From the NCBI RefSeq assembly GCF_001194135.2, contig NC_068981.1, positions 63,189,905 to 63,249,597 of the forward strand: 59,693 bases of DNA, written 5' to 3'. This document shows, piece after piece, positions 51,965 through 59,693 of the stretch. Every line of letters begins with the position of its first letter. Position 1 is the stretch's first letter. The DNA comes from Octopus bimaculoides (lineage: Eukaryota). Under the pieces are notes generated by a model, which saw only the letters and a list, made by a program, of their open reading frames with translations, did no database searches and was not told where the DNA came from. The translations under genes were made by a program, and so were the position numbers.

Positions 51965-52141
51965 CTTTAGTCTAACGAATCGACCCACACAGGCGTGAGT
52001 GTGTGATAAGAAGTTTGTATCTCAACCATATGGTTCCTGGGTCAGTCCCACTGTGTGGTGCCTCAGGCGAGTGTCTTCTACTATAGTCTTGGGCCGATCA
52101 ACACCTTGTGAGAGGATTTGGTTGACGGAAACTGAAACAAA

Positions 52142-52376
52142 AAAGGCGGTGAGCTGGCAGAAACGTTAGCGCGCCGGGCGAAATGCTTAGCAGGTATTTC
52201 GTCTGCCGCTACATTCTGAGTTCAAATTCCGCTGAGGTCGACTTTGCTTTTCATCCCTTCGGGGTCGATTAAATAAGTACCAGTTTGCACTAGGGTCAAT
52301 GTAATCGACTTAACCCCTTTGTCTGTCCTTGTTTGTCCCCTCTGTGTTTAGCCCCTTGTGGGCAATAAAGAAATAA
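52142..52376 (+). mobile_element. Young SINE (here 'SINE-B') with 14-bp TSD, inserted in a SINE-A
   Basis: GGCGGTGAGCTGGCAGAAACGTTAGC...GAGTTCAAATTCC...; TSD GAAACTGAAACAAA at 52128-52141 and 52377-52390. Many relatives, e.g. about 8385-8600, 26035-26250, 35358-35570, 36420-36760, 46630-47440, 54500-54700, 56020-57310. Confidence 0.85.
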
Positions 52377-52552
52377 GAAACTGAAACAAACCCGTTGTAT
52401 GTACACATACGCACTGATCTACAATAAAAACGCTAGACCATACAATAGAACATCGTGGGTGTATAACTTATGCTTAAAGGAAACACTGGAGATAATCACA
52501 TCCAGAGCAAGCATAATTAATAGATAATACAGTTCTATATTTAAGAGATGAT

Positions 52553-52806
52553 GCCCGTGGGCATATGGCGTAGTGGTTAAGAGCGCAGGCTACTAACCCC
52601 AAGATTCCTATTTCGATTCCAGGCAGTGACCTGAATAATAATAATAATAATAATAACAACAACATCGAAAAATACTTTAGGAATGAGAACCCAGGTTCGA
52701 AATTTCCCCAAGACACCTGATGAAGGCTGGAGGGTATATCAGCCAAAACGCTGTGTTAACAACAAGCAAGATGAGGACAAATATCAGTCAAATGTAAATA
52801 ATGTAT
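52553..52806 (+). mobile_element. tRNA-headed SINE carrying a decayed hammerhead-like motif
   Basis: A-box TGGCGTAGTGG, B-box-like ATTTCGATTCC and (AAT)n spacer, then GACAC-CTGATGA-A-GGCTG...CAGCC-AAAACGCT-GTGTT (52712-52757). Confidence 0.7.
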
Positions 52807-54714
52807 ATAATTAATAGATATTCCGAAGAAATTATATCATGCAAGTATAAAAACAAGGTATTATTCCTAGAATTCGAAAAGAATGTTTTGACCCCCCCCC
52901 CAAAAAAAAAACACTAACCGTTATTAGTATCTAATGGAACAAGAGAAGAACACATAAACCAACAAAAACAAAAGCAAAAAAAAAAGACACATTATTTTCC
53001 TGTGCTATATGCTATATCATTGTACTATCAGAAGTAATTAAAAGGACTCTCTAGGAGAACATCATTTTTCAACTCAGACAATGAACCTCAACAACAAAAT
53101 AGGTTCACTTCCTGACCCTACAACATCTGGATTTATTGAGGAAGCACCTGCTGTGACTAAGAACAAACCAGTGAACTATATTACTGATCCCGACATCTGC
53201 ATACACAAATATGAAAACAAGTCTAACATCCCCACACACTCCCCACTTCTCTATCGTTACCATTCCTTTCTCTCTTTCCATCACCTTTTATTCCTTCTTA
53301 CCAAATACGCACAGAACTGTCCACACACCCCAGTCAACCATTTGATTGGTGAAAATTGTTAAACATCCTTCGGTTGTACATTTGTTGCTTCCAGCCTGAT
53401 GAAATGAGCACGTGATACACCAGATAACCATGGATACTTAGGACTGTACTGTAATCATCCCACTAATACGGACTAGGATCTTTCTGATTTGGCGGGCGCC
53501 ACTTGTTTTCCTAACGAAACACTTTCAAACTTCGGACACTGGTAGAATGTGTCATATAAAACATCTTTTACTCTTAGTGTTATTGAGAAAATTTTATCTT
53601 TTTAAAGTTATTTCGTGTTAAAATTGTTGTGTTTCGGTAATTTCAACCAATCACTGACGTCTATTGAGGTGAAAACAATTACTGCTATGCATATTGCTTT
53701 GAACTATGTGTTCAGTAGTAACGTTGAAGGCTATCTATCCCATTGTTACCCAGTGGAACTTTACTATTAATGGTTGGTCTTTCTTTGCTTAGTCCACCAA
53801 AGATGCAATCATAGCATACTTTGAATGACAAGCCCTCAAGGAATTTCGCTCAGGCTGTTTTAGTCAACCAGCCAGTGCCGTTACCCAGGAGGCTGCACAC
53901 TGCCTCATGTAGACAGTTCGTGGAGACGCAGGTGACGGCTGGGTGACAGGTAGATACCAATGGCAGACGAGCTTAGCTGAAAGAGAACACTTACCAAAGG
54001 TGCTATCTTTTTCTGATACTCCATATGACCAATGCAGAGAAAAATTGGTGCTAACAAAGCATGCGATCTACTAAGATTCTACCTGACACAATTAGTAAGG
54101 TGGATCAATGTAGATCCCTGACCTGCTAAAAGGAGGATCAACGAATATTAAAATTTGCATCCTCCCAAAGTTGAAACTGAGAACACCAGTCTTAATATAT
54201 TTTATCTTCTACAATGCTGTTGAAAGATTTTTACAGAAATGTTATGTGGAAAGAAGAAATCACGGTTGCATTTTTGTGTGAAAACAATCCTTTAGGCAGA
54301 CCACAAGAAGGAGGCTTGCCATCGATGTGGTAGCGTAATAAAAGAAGGAAAGAAACGTTGCATAGATGAGAAATACAGAGCTGTACTTCGCTGTTCCAAA
54401 CGTCACGTTTTGTTCAGAAGGAAAAGCATTCTCTCAGAATATTAAATTTCGCGTCCTGTCTGTCCTGAAGGAAATGGATTACCTCATTGTACTGAAATTG
54501 GTTTCAAATTTTGGCACAAGGCCAGGAAGTTAGAGGGAGGGGTTAAGTCGACTACATCCACCCCAGTGTTCAAGAGGAACTTATTTTATCAACTCTGAAA
54601 GGACGAAAGGCAAAGTCGACCTTGGTGGAATTTGAACTCAGAACGTAGAAGACGGGTGAAATGCCGCTAAGCATTTGTCCTGGCCAGCTCACCGCCTTTC
54701 ATTGTACTGATATT

Positions 54715-55080
54715 TGTTGTTGGCACTCCGTCGCTTACGACGTCGAGGGTTCCAGTTGATCTGATCAACGGAACAGCCTGCTCGTGAAATTAACGTGCAA
54801 GTGGCTGAGCACTCCACAGACACGTGTACCCTTAACGTAGTTCTCGGGGACATTCAGCGTGTCACAGTGTGACAAGGCTGACCCTTTGAATTACAGGCAC
54901 AACAGAAACAGGAAGAAAGAGTGAGAGAAAGTTGTGATGAAAGAATACAGCAGGGTTCGCCACCATCCCCNNNNNNNNNNNNNNNNNNNNNNNNNNNNNN
55001 NNNNNNNNNNNNNNNNNNNNNNNNGAAACGACGATCCTATGACCGCTGCCCTGATCACTGGGCCATTGCGCCTCCACGTG
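54715..55080 (-). mobile_element. tRNA-derived SINE (same family as 13098-13491) with 8-bp TSD; small gap inside
   Basis: The reverse complement aligns end to end with 13098-13491; TSD CTGATATT at 54707-54714 and 55081-55088. Confidence 0.85.
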
Positions 55081-58000
55081 CTGATATTAGCAACAGATTA
55101 TACTGCAATGTTTTTGAATCAATGGGCACATCAGGGAGTCTAGTAAGGACGTCTTTTGAAAAGAATAAACTGACCGGTATATGAATGAAGACGTGTGAGG
55201 AGCTGTTGTTTCTCACTGTGTACAAGACACAATGGTTGGCAGAGAATAACCTTATCCGTATCAACGAAGCATGGTTAAAGAAAACATAGTTGTTGAAGAA
55301 TGCTAAATAGCGACCAAGGCTTCTCTTTCCGAAAATAATGACGCAGTTGTCGTACACAACGGCAAGGAAGGATTTATAATTGATGCCATTGGTTACCGTC
55401 ATTTTACGATGAACGAACAAGAAAATTATATGGATTAAGTGACAGGAGCAAGCACGCTAGCAATTGAATAATTATGGTTCGATTCCAAAACACAAATCTG
55501 AAAAAGAAAAAAAAAAATGTGAGGCGTTCGCTGTGAGCTACTTCAATTGTATTTTAATTACATTTGCCGGAAAATGTTAAGGAAATATACAAATGGTTTA
55601 TTTGTGGTATTTCTAAATGATATACGAATTATTATTTACATTTAAAAATTTAAGTGTAAATAATAATTTCTAGTATTAGCACAAAGTCAGCATTTAGATG
55701 CGCGCGCGCGTGTATATAAGTGTATGTGTGTGTGTGTGTGTGTGTGTGCTTGCATACGTTTGTAGGAGGTAATCGATTAAATCGATCCTAGTGCGGTTTT
55801 TGAACTCAGAATTTAAATAGTCAGAACAAATGCTGCAAGGAGTTTTGGCAGATACATTAGAGGTCATGCTGAGGTCAACATTGTCTTTCGGCCTTTCGAG
55901 AGCAAAAACCCTAAATAAAGCCTCTCAAAAATAAACAAACAAATAAAACAAACTGAAAACAAAAGCCAAAAACGTTCCAATGCAGAGCGTTGGATTATCG
56001 AAACTGTCAGAGTACCGGACAGTACTTCACTGGTACTTATTTTATCGACTCCGAAAGGATGAAAGACAAAGTGGATCTCAGCAGAAATTGAACTCAGAAC
56101 GTAAAAACGTGTTTGCCAGTTTGCTGCCTTTCGACATTGTACAATATAAAACTAAGACCGGGAATAATAAATTTAATTATATGTTCCGGCCTACTAGTCA
56201 CATGTAACAGACCGGTACTTACGTTATGAATTCAAATCAATGTAATCCAGAGGTACAGAGTGTGTCAGTGTGATATCCAAAATGATTCTTTTTATTTATG
56301 TATAAAGCCCTTATTGAGGTATCTTTTATTGGGTAATGATGCCGAATCTATGGAATGCGTACGCTGCAGATTTTCAGATAATACGCGATGGATTTTGATA
56401 TAAAAAATCTTCTTGCAATAGTGGTATAATTGTTTATCAATAGCCTAAAACTAAAATTTATACATACATATAAGAGCCACTGAAAATTACAGATCTCCGT
56501 AAGATAATGTATTCAGGACCAATTACACCAGCTATAGCTAGTTGTAAAGCGGCGGGCTGGCAGAATCGTTAGCACGCCGGACAAAATGCTTAGCGGCATT
56601 TCATCCGGCTTTACGAGGTCGACTTTGCCTCTCATTCTTTCGGGGTCGATAAAATAAGTACCAGTCATGTACTGGAGTTGATGTAATCGGTTATCTCTTC
56701 CCACAAAATTTCATACCTTATGCCTATGGTAGAAAGAATTATTGGTCTCATATTTTGGCACAAGGCCAGCAATTTCGGGGGAAGGAGTAAGTCGATTTCA
56801 TTGACACCAGTAGTCAACTGGTACTTATTTTATCTATCCTTGAAGGATGAATTGCAAAGTTGACCTCAGCAGAATGTGAACTCAGAGCGCAAGGACGGAC
56901 GAAATGCCGTTAGCATTTTGTCCGATGTGCAAACGATTCTATCAGCTCGCCGCTTTAATAGAAAGTATTATTAATAGTCTGTTGTGAAGGCGGTGATATA
57001 ATGTGTTGTATTTCTTCGAACTGTTTTTGTTTAGAGTTCAAATCCCGCTGGAGTCGACTTTACCTTTCATCCTTCCGAAGGAGATAAAATAAATTACCTA
57101 TTAAGTACTGAAAGCGATGTAATTACTAACTCCTCCACTGAAAATTGCTGGACTCAACAGATTGTTTTGAAAGAACTAAGCTGACAGAATTGTTGGGGCT
57201 TCGGAAAAAATACTTCGCGTATTTCTTCCCACTTTGTGTTATGAGTTCAAATTCCAACCGGGTTAACGTTAACTTTTATCCTGTCGGGGTAGATAAAATA
57301 AAGTACCAGCTAAGAATTGACGTCTATTTAGCACATTGAGTGCCATGTATACAATATATGTATACGCAGCACTTTACAAATGTGCTGCGTATACGTACAT
57401 TGTATACATGTTTTCTCATCGAAAAATGAACTGCATATAGTTATTGTATACAATTGAAATACTATGCGAATTTGAAAAAAAAACAAAAAAACCCTACCTG
57501 CGGCACATATGACCGATTTACACATTTCCTCTTGGCACTCAATGTGTTAATCGACTAACCCCTCAACTCAAAACTGTAGCCCATGTGCCGCAATTAGAAA
57601 TTATAATTTAAAAGAGTCTTGTATTTTCAGATGATTCTACCTTTTTTGCAGACATCGTTTATCTAGGAATACATTATTCAATGTGATTATCCTTTTTAAA
57701 GATAGTTGCGTATGATTTGACAGACATTCGGTTGCTCTTTGTGGAGACCCAACGTGGTATATTAGTTGTTTTTATTTTTGATGTTTAAATCCATGTCAGC
57801 TCTAATTAAGTAGAGTGGTAGGGATTCGAACCACAGCCGCAAGATATTCAGTTATGGATCACGAGTGAGCCACCATAGTTTCACGCGATTGATCTATGAA
57901 TAAGCCAATCAGCGTGAAGCTGTGTAATGTGATATGACTTCTTGGATGATCTAAAAGTCCTTTTTCTTTTTCCACATCGAATCAGCGCGACTCNNNNNNN

Positions 58001-58978
58001 NNNNNNNNNNNNNNNNNNNNNNNNNNNNNNNNNNNNNNNNNNNNNNNNNNNNNNNNNNNNNNNNNNNNNNNNNNNNNNNNNNNNNNNNNNNNNNNNNNNN
58101 NNNNNNNNNNNNNNNNNNNNNNNNNNNNNNNNNNNNNNNNNNNNNNNNNNNNNNNNNNNNNNNNNNNNNNNNNNNNNNNNNNNNNNNNNNNNNNNNNNNN
58201 NNNNNNNNNNNNNNNNNNNNNNNNNNNNNNNNNNNNNNNNNNNNNNNNNNNNNNNNNNNNNNNNNNNNNNNNNNNNNNNNNNNNNNNNNNNNNNNNNNNN
58301 NNNNNNNNNNNNNNNNNNNNNNNNNNNNNNNNNNNNNNNNNNNNNNNNNNNNNNNNNNNNNNNNNNNNNNNNNNNNNNNNNNNNNNNNNNNNNNNNNNNN
58401 NNNNNNNNNNNNNNNNNNNNNNNNNNNNNNNNNNNNNNNNNNNNNNNNNNNNNNNNNNNNNNNNNNNNNNNNNNNNNNNNNNNNNNNNNNNNNNNNNNNN
58501 NNNNNNNNNNNNNNNNNNNNNNNNNNNNNNNNNNNNNNNNNNNNNNNNNNNNNNNNNNNNNNNNNNNNNNNNNNNNNNNNNNNNNNNNNNNNNNNNNNNN
58601 NNNNNNNNNNNNNNNNNNNNNNNNNNNNNNNNNNNNNNNNNNNNNNNNNNNNNNNNNNNNNNNNNNNNNNNNNNNNNNNNNNNNNNNNNNNNNNNNNNNN
58701 NNNNNNNNNNNNNNNNNNNNNNNNNNNNNNNNNNNNNNNNNNNNNNNNNNNNNNNNNNNNNNNNNNNNNNNNNNNNNNNNNNNNNNNNNNNNNNNNNNNN
58801 NNNNNNNNNNNNNNNNNNNNNNNNNNNNNNNNNNNNNNNNNNNNNNNNNNNNNNNNNNNNNNNNNNNNNNNNNNNNNNNNNNNNNNNNNNNNNNNNNNNN
58901 NNNNNNNNNNNNNNNNNNNNNNNNNNNNNNNNNNNNNNNNNNNNNNNNNNNNNNNNNNNNNNNNNNNNNNNNNNNNNN

Positions 58979-59693
58979 ACGGGAGTTACTATGGGACTAT
59001 AAGAAAAAATAACTGTATTGGAAGCTGCCGTGATGGAGTCACGCAACTGGCATGGCCAGAATCTGAAAATTATTATACAAACGGAACAGACCACGCTGGA
59101 AGAAATGACAGAAATTATCCAGGTTGGTGAGTACCGACTTGTAGTCGTGGTAGAAGGTCGCCAACCTCGTTGCTTCCAGTGTGGTAAAAAGGGCCACGTT
59201 AGGGCGGACTGTAAGGAGAACGAGAAAAAGAAAGCAAAGGAGCAAGAAGAAATAACTTTAACGCCGGCGGAACAAACACCTCTACCAGAAGAAAAAGCAG
59301 GCGAGGGGTGGAACACAGTAACCTACAAGAGGAAAATAAATTCACCCTCCCCTGCAAAGTAAAAGAAAAAAACAAGCGACGAAAGACAAGTTAAAAAACC
59401 TAGAAAGAAAGAAAACTGCTACACAGCGGTTCGCAGCTCGAATCGAGAGCTAGCGAACCGGCTGGCAGTAATGCATGCTGGAAAAAAAAAATACTGAAAA
59501 TAAGGATGGTTTTGACATCTTTAAGACTAATAGGAAAAACTATAACATTTTAGCTAACGATTTTCGCAAGGATGTAGGCCCTCCCAGATTGGACATTACC
59601 GTTAATCTATATGAGGGTCTCATCACTCCGACAACGCGAGCCCGAGAAAAAGAAAAGGAGGCGGATAACCCTCCCCCTCCAGACATCGAATAA
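58979..59693 (+). mobile_element. Degenerate non-LTR retrotransposon ORF1 (gag-like, CCHC zinc knuckle), cut by a gap and the window end
   Basis: ...RLVVVVEGRQPRCFQCGKKGHVRADCKENEKKK contains CX2CX4HX4C, followed by a K/E/P-rich low-complexity region; stops break the frame. Confidence 0.75.

Noticed and set aside
53081-53362. 93-aa ORF
   Set aside because: No recognisable domain or splice context; at best a decayed retroelement end.
53396-53440. Fourth CTGATGA motif
   Set aside because: No convincing stem II, and it is followed by GATA rather than GAAA; cannot be folded as an HHR.
55055-55420. 121-aa minus-strand ORF
   Set aside because: Runs into a SINE head, has no recognisable motif and no convincing splice signals.

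Overview
Repeat-rich, gapped eukaryotic draft-genome window. The repeat families look like those I recall from octopus, so a cephalopod source is inferred, not verified. Two spliced + strand genes can be reconstructed. (1) The last three coding exons of OGFOD3 (3302-3455, 4663-4786, 8655-8782), with an intact HxD...H...R 2OG-Fe(II) dioxygenase signature. (2) A complete 233-aa longin R-SNARE in five coding exons (40860-49240). It has a VAMP7-type longin domain, but its SNARE/juxtamembrane/TM region and exon layout resemble VAMP8. Most remaining sequence is transposon debris: RTE LINE 3' ends, at least five tRNA-derived SINE families, mariner/Tc1/pogo relics, hAT- and piggyBac-type MITEs, a Helitron fragment, a zinc-knuckle LINE ORF1 and microsatellites, often nested. 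Best leads: three hammerhead-ribozyme (HHR)-like motifs, namely one with a complete core at 27885-27927 (minus strand), one with a long stem II at 664-751, and a decayed one inside a tRNA-headed SINE at 52553-52806. A CpG-retaining island in intron 2 of the SNARE gene could also drive a longin-less VAMP8-like isoform from the ATG that ends exon 3. All alignments, counts and folds were done by eye, and repeat boundaries are approximate unless a TSD or TIR is given.
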